This document shows, piece after piece, positions 36,791-47,681 of a stretch of 64,000 bases of DNA; the first letter of the stretch is position 1, and every line of letters starts with the position of its first letter. The stretch lies in assembly GCA_904063045.1 (NCBI GenBank), contig CAJFCJ010000012.1:1426001-1490000 (forward strand), given 5' to 3'. The notes under the pieces were generated by a model. That model did no database searches, was not told the origin of the DNA, and was given only the letters and a program-made list of their open reading frames with translations. A program made the position numbers and the translations under genes. Source of the stretch: Dimorphilus gyrociliatus. Lineage: Eukaryota > Animalia > Annelida.

Positions 36791-39549
36791 TTACTTCTTC
36801 CCACTAGACTTTACAGCTATAAGGCAATTAAAAATGCAGGTGTACCACAACCATTTAAACATTGTCACTACTTACCATCTAGGGCCTCCAGCGCATAAAA
36901 CTGTACGTCGTAATCTTGGTCATTTTTCATTCGTTCTAGACACGGTTTTATTTGCGTGTTTACAACATTGGCTTCTAAATTTGCCACCATCTTTTGCAGT
37001 GCTTTAGCCACATTGAAGCGGACATTGGCCACAGGATCATTAGCTAATTGAATTACAGCTGGAACCAGTTGGCGAACGCAAATATCGTGACCAACTGGCT
37101 TAGTCAGTAACTAAAAATATACAGATAGATTTTCTTTATAACGTCAAAAAACTATAAAACTTAATGCTGAAACTTACAGTTATACAGTTAAGACAGGTTA
37201 TTCGATGTAAGTAATTCTGATTTCTTGCTAAGTTCAATACTTTAGGTAGAACATGAGTTAAACCCCATTCAGGACCGAACTTTTCAACTAAACGTTTAAC
37301 ATTGGTAGTTGCTGCTTCTCTTATAGCAAACACTAAAAAGAAAAATCCAATCAAAAAGACAAATAACTCGAGTAAACTCAACTCACCGTGATCAATCAAC
37401 CATGTTAAACACAACGAATTTAATTTTTCATCAAAAAATTCAACACCCTATTAATATGAAATTAACTATTAATCTTTCTGTTAAGAAACTGATTAAACTT
37501 ACCAATTGTCCTGCTAAAAGAGGCATATATTCGATAATTGCTAGACGAACTCGCCATTTTTGATCTTCGGCTAACTCAACTATCGCTGGCAGTAAACTCT
37601 GAGATAACTGTTTGATACCAATAACCTAAAACAAAAACATCTATTAGATAAATTCAGATTACAGCAGAAAAATTATTTGCAGAGATTTATTTGCTTAAAC
37701 ACGAAATGATAAATGTAAAATCATCTTTCAGTGATAAATTAATATTTCATATATTTACTTTAGAATGATTTGTTTAATTAAGCTAAAAGTTAAATGTGAC
37801 ATCTTCGATAAATTACCTAACTAATATAATTACATATATACTTTTACGCTAACCTCATTTACTGCGTCCAAATTCGAGATAATATTCAATCTAACTTCAG
37901 CACATTCATCTTTTAGCTGTTGAAGAAATAGGGGCAACAACTGCTCGATCGTGCTGTAAATCAAAACTTTTATATAGAATTACCACGAGCTACTTGTATT
38001 TCTTACTTGTCTTTGCCCAAAATAGGACTAAGGCCCATGATCACGCTTGCTAAGGCTGATTTTACATGTTGATTAGCATCGTTAACAAGCTCCTTAACAC
38101 AAGGCATGATTGAGGTCATAATTATTTGTTCTCTAGAATCCACTGGTAGCGCTTGAGCGAATTCTATGTACGTAAAAAGAAAACATGCATTAGAAAATAT
38201 ACGCGGCTATAATAGTTTACCTTTGAGTTTGTGGCATGCTGCAGATCTTACTTCACCCTCGGAATCTTTCAACAGAGCCTGATACGCTGGTACTAAATCT
38301 TGTTTTGTAAGATTTGGGCCAATTGCTTTTTGTAGCTATTTGTATATAAAAAACAACAATAAGCAACAATAATGTAATGGTGATATAATAGACTGACTTC
38401 TGTGAATTTGTCGGCCAACATATACCGAACACGCCAGGATTTATCGCTGGATGCTTCTCTCAGAGTTCCCATAATCAAGTGTTCGATATCACTATGACTT
38501 AAAAGCTGAGCGATAGATGAGCATGATTGCACAGCCAGTAATCGAACAGAATCTTGTTCATCCTGAGCTAAGGTCGTAAACAATGGAATGAGGTCGTGCT
38601 TGACGTGCTCTGGTTCCAAAACAGCCGCAAATTCCCCTAATTTTGCAGCTGCAGCTCTTCTTACCATAGGAGTATCATCACCACACAAACTCTTAAAGCT
38701 CCTATTAAGATTACGTAAAAGAGTGTAACGATATCGTAATCTAAACGATAATAACTTACTGTCTAAGTTCAGCCTTGATATTGGGCGAGACTCGCGGGTA
38801 AGCTACACTGAATAAACCGCATGCACTAGTCCTAGATGTAAACCAGTCGCCGGAAGCTAAACGTTTCAATAATGGAACAAAATGATTATCCAAATCAGTT
38901 GGTGAATGATCCGGTGCGATGTTCCTTAGTGATTCAACTGCTTTCTCTCTTACGACAGTTTCTTCAACTGTAGCCAAACTTTCTAGTGGGGGCTAATATT
39001 TCAATAAGTTAGATTAGTATTTACATTTCTTGAGGATTAAAAATATTTATTTACTTACCAACAAAGTATAAGCGAATTGAGGCCCTCCAACTAAGGGAAT
39101 AAAGGATCCTAACTGTTCAGCTAAAGCCAATAGAACTTCATCCTCATCATATATAGTGTCTATAATTTGATCAATAATAATTTAGCAACCTAGAGATAAT
39201 TTGGCACAAAATATACATTACCTGTTAAAAATGGTAACAGTTCCTTCCTAGTGCGCTCAACACCTAGAGCTAGAGCAATAGTCGATAGCTTCTTTATGCT
39301 ATTCAATCTCAGCTGCAAGATCAGATAAAATTAGTCCAGACATTGTTTACTTCATCCGGTTCACTTGGATCTAGTGAACTAATTTTACAAAATACAAGAC
39401 TATTCCACGGACAAGCACTTTTAGTCGCTGTTTTTTGGATACATTGTTAATGAAAGAATAATCACCTGGACGTCATCATTTCTTAATTCGTCGATTAACA
39501 CGGCAATTGGGTAAAGAGCTTCGTCACCACCACTATCGCTTGACGCCAT
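36791..39549 (-). CDS. PPP2R1A: PP2A 65-kDa scaffold (A) subunit, HEAT repeats
   Basis: Contains [88 protein letters not shown] and [18 protein letters not shown]2R1A versus PPP2R1B cannot be distinguished in an invertebrate. Confidence 0.96.
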
Positions 39550-39751
39550 TTTGAATTTTTCTCTGATCTCGATTTTTCGTAAAAGAACGAGACTTTCGAA
39601 GCTTAGTGCTGATTGGCTGTTGAGTATAATCTTGTGAATGTAATGTGAAAGATAGCGATAATAAAGGTTTTCTGGATAACTCAATTGAATTTGAAACTTG
39701 AAATATATAAATATATTTGTCAAAGTCTTTAATACATAAGTTTAATTAAAA
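39550..39751. promoter_or_regulatory. Bidirectional promoter PPP2R1A/POLR3K
   Basis: Head-to-head ATGs are 202 bp apart; CCAAT box (GATTGG) at 39611-39616. Confidence 0.5.
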
Positions 39752-40191
39752 ATGATTATGTTCTGTCCAACTTGCGGTAATATGTTGATGGTAGAGGAAG
39801 GAACCATGTGTTATAGATTTGCCTGCTCCTCGTGTCCATACATTCATAACATCACTCGTAAAGTAAGTTTTTTTTTTCGTTAGAAACAAAATTTCCCTAC
39901 TCAATTACTCTATTTTGTAGATTGTAAATAGGCAATACCCGAAACTAAAAGAAGTTGACGACGTCTTGGGAGGAGCTGCCGCCTGGGAGAATGTGGATCA
40001 CACTCAAGGTTTAATCAGAATGTATTGCAACATTATGTAATAGCTATTTTTTCTGAATTTTAGAAACCTGCCCTAAGTGCTCTCATCCCGAGGCATTCTT
40101 TATGCAGATGCAAACTCGCTCGGCGGACGAACCTATGACGACATTCTACAAATGTTGCAACATGTCTTGTGGCCACCAATGGAAGGAATAA
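39752..40191 (+). CDS. POLR3K: RNA polymerase III subunit RPC11 (TFIIS-like); exons 39752-39862, 39921-40008, 40064-40191; absent from the ORF track
   Basis: MIMFCPTCGNMLMVEEG...CSSCPYIHNITRK|IVNRQYPKLKEVDDVLGGAAAWENVD...CPKCSHPEAFFMQMQTRSADEPMTTFYKCC closely matches RPC11. Confidence 0.97.
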
Positions 40192-40573
40192 TACACTAAA
40201 GCATATTGTTTTGCTTATTCAGCAAAAAAATTTTTAAGTACATTGATGGATGTTTCCCAGTCTCTAATCTCTGCAATTTCCGAAATGGCACAAACATTAT
40301 ACTCAACCGTCGATTAAGAGAGATGAGAAGACAAAAACAGATTGGTGCTATTGAGCGATGAACGTCATCTCATAATCATTTTAATGATTTTGTTAAAAAA
40401 AACAACAAAAAGAATATTTCATTTGTTTGTAATAAACAAACAGCAGACTACCTTTTTTTAATAAAAAGCAAACAAACAAATATTCTTTTGAATGTGTTAA
40501 TAAAATTTTTTAAAAGTGCTTCGTTCAAATAAACAATAATGAAAAATATTAACGTTACGCTCTTACTTTGATT

Positions 40574-43504
40574 ATGAAAACACTCTTAGTCTTATTAATA
40601 ATCTTTACAAATTGCCTTTTTTTGAGATGTTGGTCTTTTTTTGTCTGGTCCAAATGGAATGAGACTGATAGTGAATGTCGTAGAGATTGTTCCAATCCTT
40701 TCGGATATAAGGTTTATGTATTTAAAAAGCTCCAAAGACTATTTAAATATACATAAAATCTTCTTTTTTATATTTATAAATATAGAAAGCAATTAGATAT
40801 TGTACACAATGTGAATATACTGAAGGCGGTAAGCCCCTTTGTAGGATTGTTAGTAGTGAAAAATGCGAAGGTGGAAAAGCTTCATCAAGATCGAATAGTG
40901 TTCTATGTTATGATGCTTTAACTGTAAACTATTTATATTATAGTTTAATGTAAATAAAACTATTTTCATTAGTGTAGGGGTTGCGGATCTTATACCGGTC
41001 AATGGTCAAAATGGAAAATTGTTGGACGTAATTGCCCTAAAAGTACAAGCTATTGCGGTATGAAGTCGGTCAGATATCGACGAAGCTGCCATAATACAGA
41101 ACAAACTGAAATTGTTGCTCAAATATGCAAAACGACATATCTATATACTTACAAGTAAAAGAAAACGTAGCATCTCTCTTAAAAGGTTTTTTTATTCAAG
41201 TTCCATTAGTAAAACGATATTTTACTGTAAATAGATGCTCTTCGGAACTGAGTGACTATGATTATGAGAAGATAGACCGTTGTCCTTGTAGTTACTTGAG
41301 AGACGATAAGACTGATATACCTAGAGGGATATTTTCGCCTTGGACAACTTGGCAGTGTTCGAAGGATTGTAAATCGAATAGCGTAGATTACTTAGTCGAA
41401 AAAGTTTTAAAACTATTTTCATTAATACTCTTTGTATGTAGAAAACCCTCGCAACTAGAAAGCGCTTTTGCCGACGTATTAGCGAAGACTTTGGCTGGTG
41501 CAGAAATTTTAAAGGGGAACAATTTGAGAGTGAAGAAATTGAAAAAAGACCTTGTCTCTCTTCACTGAATAATGAACCTGTCTGTGTAAAGTCTTGGAGT
41601 CAGTGGGGCTCCTGGTCGGAATGTGATAATTCTAAATGTCGAATTGTATACGCTCAAAGGGAGAGAAATTGCACCGGTTACGGTCGTAAATGTTCTCATC
41701 AAGGTGGAACTAACAAGGAAGTGAAGGCCTGCTTTGATGGTAAATAGACAACCTTTTTATAATTGGCTCTCGTCTACAAAGTTTTTGTGCTATGATACAG
41801 ACAAAGGAGAATACATTGGCCAAACGTGTAAAAATATTGATGGAGAGTGGGGTCCTTGGTCTAGGTATTAGGTTTATAATTTGCGATTCTAGTTAACCTT
41901 TGTAAGTTTTGATAAAGATAGTTTTTCACACTGTGACAAGACGTGTGGAACTGGGATTATGGTCTCAAAAAGATATTGTAATAACCCAAAACCTCAAGGT
42001 TTTGGAGATTATTGTTATGGTACAAATATAAATATTAAAGCATGTGAGACTAACATTTTCTGCCCAGTCCATGGCAACTGGGGTCCGTGGACAAAATGGT
42101 TTTGCTCAAAAACATGTGGAACACATGGATATGGTGCATTTATATGAATATAACATTATAATCTTTAGTAAAAATTCATTTTACCTAAAATTAGGGGAAA
42201 GATTTCGTAGTTGTGATAATCCTAAACCATCTTTTATGGGTCAAAAGTGCCTTGGTAAAGATATGGAAAAGCGAAATTTTTGTATTCAAATACCGTGCCC
42301 ACCTGAAAGACCTAATTATTTGTCTGCAAGACTACGCGAGTCAATCAGTAGATATTTAAATGTGTCAAGGAAAGCTTACAATAAAAAGAAAGGCGAAGAT
42401 TTGAAATTGAGTCCGTTAGTTGTAAATTGAATTTCTTAAAGCTATATAAATATAAATAAATATTAGTAATGGGAAAAACGAAATGCTTTCAGGCCAAATT
42501 CGTTAACTTATGCGATCGAACGTGAGTTTCCAAAGACAATTTACGAATGGCAATTTGGCAACGAAATATTTGAATATAATCGTGAAATTCCTAAAAAGAA
42601 CTGGCTTTATGTAAATTCAACTTATGAGTCCAAGACACTTACGGTCACCAACCTTAGCGGAAGTGATTTAGGAGTTTATGTTGTTTGGGCTCGCTTCGAG
42701 CCTATGAGAAGGACAGTATTGGACATTATGTCCTTGTCCATTGATGGTTGGGACAACGATATTAACTCTGAAGAAGGCAAACCTCTTAGCTTGGACTGTA
42801 GAAGTGGTTATCTTACGCATATTTTTCCAAATGCCTACCTTGTTTGGATGCTAAATGAAACAGTAATTATAAAAACAAATACATTTCATGGAGTAAAAGG
42901 TTATTTTACAGTTATTTACCAATTTATCGGGCAAGGCTTCTCTGCCAGAGTCATTTCTTTTAGAAAAAACAAACATCAATGTTCACAGTGGCCTTTGGCA
43001 ATGTGTCGTTTTCGACTCTACTGCAATCCGGACCAGCCGAACTTGGATAACAAATAGTTTCAAGGTACTTCCTTTCTAAATGTTGTCTAGTATTATGTAA
43101 ATATTAAGATACTTAAAAAACTATCCATCAACCAGCTTACTGTTAGAGAAGAATATGATTTACTAAAGTTATTAAGAATGCCAGCTTTTTGGGCTGTTAT
43201 TGTGGGTGGTATTATCACTGTGACATTTATGGCATTTTGCTTTGGCTTGCATAAACAAAGGGTGCTCCAAAAGAAAATAGAGAGAGATCAAAGGTACCTT
43301 CTAGAATACTTTAGACAACGAGAAAAGCAACCACTGTTGCAAGACGATTACATGGAAGAAGCTATTATTTATTTAGCTGAGGGAGGCATTTTACACAGTG
43401 GAACATATCAAATAGTGCCACCTCATAAGTGGATATTAAAAGAAGTACCAAAAGATAAACCAAACAGAACAATTACTTCCAAGACGAATAACTTAAAAAT
43501 ATGA
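40574..43504 (+). CDS. Type I membrane protein: signal peptide, multiple thrombospondin type-1 repeats, two Ig-like domains, TM helix, short tail
   Basis: MKTLLVLLIIFTNCLF signal peptide; WSKW, WTTW, WSQWGSWSEC, WGPWS and WGPWTKW-C-KTCG repeats; LSLDCRSG...LVWMLN...SGLWQCVV; TM FWAVIVGGIITVTFMAFCFGL. Exon boundaries are approximate. Confidence 0.8.
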
Positions 43505-43602
43505 TCTACATTGTGACAATTTTTTTTCGTATGTATAAATCATGCAATTGTGCAGTACCTAATAATTTTTAAAGCTCCTTAAATTGATAAATATAATAAA
43601 TG

Positions 43603-46055
43603 TTAATAAGGTAGCAATTTCATCCATTCAAAATTAAACTCCTCCCCTTTTTCAACTTCTACATTTCTATTTATATCTGCTTTCTCAAGTAAGCACTTTG
43701 GTAACATAACGCAACGAAATTCGTGAATTATTCTCTCAAAACGCAAGGGAGGTAAAATAACTTTGTGATCTGCATGCATTGCTTTAGTAACGTAAACTTG
43801 ATCATGTTTGCGAATAAGATATAAATTTGAAATTCCAGATGTACATTTTAAAGTTTCCTCGATTTTTTCTACCGTGAACGTCCATGTTAGGTCCAGAAGG
43901 TTGCAGTTGTAGACATTAAACGTTGTAAAATTCTCAGACTATCATGTAAAAATTTCAAAATTGCCAAATAGGTCATATGTTAAAGGCTTGTCCTTTTGCT
44001 AACCAAAAGGAATTATTTATGGCACTTCAATTGCTTACTGAATAGACACTATAGCGTGATTTAAAAACAATTTAGTAATATTAGCAATTTTGAAATTTTT
44101 ACCGAGTTTATCACTAAAGTTATTCTAAAGTAAGTTTGAGAAAGATTCATATAAACTTTTAAAGTGGTTTTGGCAAGTGATAGAAGACAAATTGTGCCTT
44201 GTCCATTTGGCTTATGATTACTACAAGCGCATTTTGGATAAGGAATTTTTATAAAATTGAATGGATATACATTTTTCCTCAAAATCATATAGCCCTTCTC
44301 TTCTTGGTACCAATTTTCTGACAGTACTATATGGCTTGAGGGTCCACCAACAAAAATTAATTTTCCCTCGATTATTGGTAGATTTTCAATAGTATATACA
44401 GGCCAAGGTTTCCATATAAATTTTGATTTGACCTCCTTTAATTTTACAAGTCTCATTTCTTGACCATTTCTTTGCAAGCAGATATACTTTCCTTCGCATA
44501 TACCATAAGTTACATTTTTCCAATTATTATGTTTTGGGGGGCTTACTGTCTCTTTTGGTTTTTCTTGGTCACGAATGTTTACTGCAAATAATTGAGACCC
44601 CGTCTTTTTCCGCACAAGCATTTTGCCTGATTTGAGGGCACCAATGGGAAACAAGTCGTCTTGAGAGCATTTTAGAGGAAAACTAAACCAATTATTTAAA
44701 GTCGGAGAGTAAAACATTATTGAAATTGAATTAAGATTGATGAATACAAGCATTTCTTCCATTGTTTCATTGGAAGAAGTATGTAAGATTTCCAGATGCA
44801 ACCTCCTGTTTAGTAATTCGGAAGCGTGGGGTAAGTTAGACGTATCTATACCGTATGAATCAGCTAAAATATGTAATAATATATCGTAATCTTCTTGACT
44901 CCCTACGCCCTTCAACCATTTCATAACTGCTTCTACAGTGAAATTACTGCAGCTTTGAAATACTTCTTGTTGAATCAACCATAAAATGCCCTCAAACGGG
45001 AGACATACAATCTGCTTTAAGAGATTCTCACTGTAAGATAAATTGGATCATTAGACAGGAAAATTATAAGAATCATTTAATGAAATTTTATCTAGATTAG
45101 TTTCGAATTAAATGTTATAGAAGTAATACTGTTAAATTTTTATAAAAATCATTTAAATTTTAGAAGAATTAAATTGACCTGAAGAGAAGGGTTTCTAAAG
45201 CCGTAGAAGTAGCTATTTTCAATTCCTCTAATTCAAATACATCAGCCAAGAAAGCCATACTTAGACTATTTTTAACGGTTAGAAAGTCCAGCAATAAATA
45301 TTCACATTCTTTAACAATCTCTTCAACTACAAGCATTCTAGCTATTGTAACTAGGGGGATAACATTTTCCAAATCAACTTCTATTGTTCCGCTATAAAAG
45401 AAGTATAATATTTTACGAAAAACTTCGAAGTTCTTCAGAGAGCTAGATAAGTCGATAGTTTTTAGATTTGTCTCATTAAAATTGGTAGTAAACATAGCAT
45501 TAAAGTAGGGGGACGCAGCCGCCAATATTATTTTATGAGCTGAAACTTTTTGATAGTCCAGAGAAAATGTAATATCACAGAGAATAGATTGTTCAAAAAA
45601 TTCACAGAGCTTTTCATTTAGAGGACTTAAACTCTCCTTCTTATCTATAGTTCTTGTCGGTTGCCTATCAGTACTTTCCGGTTCAATACTCTGCACAAAT
45701 TGCAATTTAACTTTTAATAAATATTTGGAAAGCTATTTTAAATTATTTTGGTAGAAATCAAATGTTTAAGCTTAAGCGAAAAGTCACATATTAACTGCAA
45801 AGTAAAAAATAAATTTAGCCGATATTGAAAACATTTATTAGCTTAATCTGTATGAAGTAACTTTCTGTGTTTTGATTATTAGAAATAGCTAACATGTGCT
45901 CTTAAGTTATTAAAATTGGAAGTGATACTAGCACATGTTGTGAATGTTATTTACCACATTTTCGATTCGTTCTGCCTTACTTTGATGAAAGCCAGCGTTG
46001 CTAATCGATTTTCTTTTTCTTCCCTTAAAATTTTATCGAAATTTTCGGTCGTCAT
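43603..46055 (-). CDS. BTB/POZ-BACK domain protein with divergent C-terminal region
   Basis: Exon 1 46055-45981 (MTTENFDK...AFIK), then CDITFSLDYQKVSAHKIILAAASPYFNAMFTTNFNE (BTB); long C-terminal exons; stop at 43603-43605. Confidence 0.8.
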
Positions 46056-46295
46056 CCTCGATTTTGCTTTAAAACCAAATTTCCATAAGAACACTATATC
46101 TTTGGAACCTAAAAGTTCTTAGGAAATCTTCAACCAATGAGGAATACACGTTTGCGCACGCATTAAAACTGGTAATAGTAATGCTGTATTTCACCAATAG
46201 ATGTGTCTTATAATATCGCAAAATTTTCATTTATTGCGGAAAATCTGGAAATTCTATATGATTTATTTAGTAAATTGAAATTATTAACAAAACAA
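46056..46295. promoter_or_regulatory. Bidirectional promoter BTB gene/SNRNP48
   Basis: Head-to-head ATGs are 240 bp apart; NRF1-like TGCGCACGCA (46153-46162) and two CCAAT boxes. Confidence 0.55.
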
Positions 46296-47681
46296 ATGGA
46301 ACAACCTAATTATTCAACTGACATTGAGAAACATGAGCAATGGATATCACAGTTAATTTCAGATTTAAATTGGGATAGAAAGACTCTACTGGAAAAAGTA
46401 TTTAAAAATATAAATGAAAAATGCTTTTGTACTGATTTTTTGTATCATTTTCTCTCAAGGACAAATTCACTTGTTGTTCAAACGAAAAAGGGCATAGAAT
46501 GCCAGATAAAAGCCTTAAGAAACACGAAAATTATTGCCTCATTCGGGAAAAAGGTTATACAGACAGTGAAATTGTTAGTGTATCAAATAAACTATCTTGT
46601 ATTAGTGAAATTCTACTAAATTTCTTTTAAAGGACGAATTAGCATCGGCTGAATCCAAATTTGATGATTTTCAACCGCAAAGAATCCCAATAGGTTTGAG
46701 TAATAAAATTGGTAAAATACTTTACTGTTCAATTTCCTTAATTTTAGATTATACTGAAGTTATTAGGATCATAAAAGAGCATCAACCTGGTGAGTTCAAT
46801 TTATATATGATAAATTAATCATATATTAATTAATCTATGAAATTAAAAAATTATCATTTTTAGATGAAATTTGTTAACTATTGATTATTTTTGCAGTGAG
46901 AGCTGTAAATTCGTCGAAATTCGTGCTTTTGTATCCTTTGTATATACCGTTTATAATTAATTCCATTTTCTATTGACTTTTTATGATATATACTTTAAAG
47001 AAAGAAATTTGATACAATGAAAACCGATCAATCTTATATTATTTTATTATACATCATTACAGGTTTGGATATTACGTTGGGGAATATAAAACAATTCTTA
47101 AGAGTAAGTTTTTATTTTGAAGTGGATAAAAATTTGTAACTAAATTTATTAACAGCCACCTGGAAATGAAATTGACACTGCTTTGTCTCAATCCACTCAA
47201 CTCGCACTTTACGATTATTTTATGTCTTTGACAGAAAAGAACGAAACGCCTGTTCTCGAATTCAATCAAAATGATGGAAGTAAAAGTAAGATACAACTTA
47301 AATAAAACTTTCATCTAATCGCTTTGTTTTTTTTATTAGAGAAGAAAGAAAAATCAGAATTAGAAATTCTAGCTGAACTGCGAGATGCAAAGAGAAGAAG
47401 GCAGTCGTATAAAGGAAAAAGCACACATACGGGATCTAAAAATTACAGTGAAGTACGTAAATGCACTTTCCTTAAATATAACAGATATATCTGACACAAT
47501 TCAAAAATAGATCATTAGAGAAGTAATCGCAAATCAGATGGAATTAGTACAGCATGAATGGGAAGCGTCATTACCTGAAAAAGAGCATAAAACATCTAGT
47601 CGCTATTCATTCGAGAAAAAGAGAAAACATAGCAAGACTAGCGATTTCAGAAGAGATTATTATTCGAAGAGAAGAAGATAG
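46296..47681 (+). CDS. SNRNP48: U11/U12 snRNP 48-kDa protein; exons 46296-46397, 46460-46573, 46633-46693, 46748-46789, 47063-47103, 47156-47285, 47340-47452, 47511-47681
   Basis: CHHC zinc finger CSNEKGHRMPDKSLKKHENYC, then QLALYDY and ELEILAELRDAKRRRQSYKGK...YSEIIREVI (human LEILAEVRDYKRRRQSYRAK...YTEVIRDVI). All splice phases are consistent. Confidence 0.93.
46897..46949 (+). promoter_or_regulatory. 8-nt poison micro-exon (46897-46904) plus USSE-like U12 5' splice-site element (GTATCCTTT, 46932-46940) in SNRNP48 intron 4
   Basis: Sequence reads TTTTTGCAG|TGAGAGCT|GTAAAT...GTGCTTTTGTATCCTTTGTATATACC; inclusion creates a premature TAA at 47087-47089. Confidence 0.8.

Noticed and set aside
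46730-46747. U12-branch-point-like TTCCTTAAT before the SNRNP48 intron 3 acceptor
   Set aside because: The intron 3 donor is GTTTGA, a U2-type site, so this is not a U12 intron.
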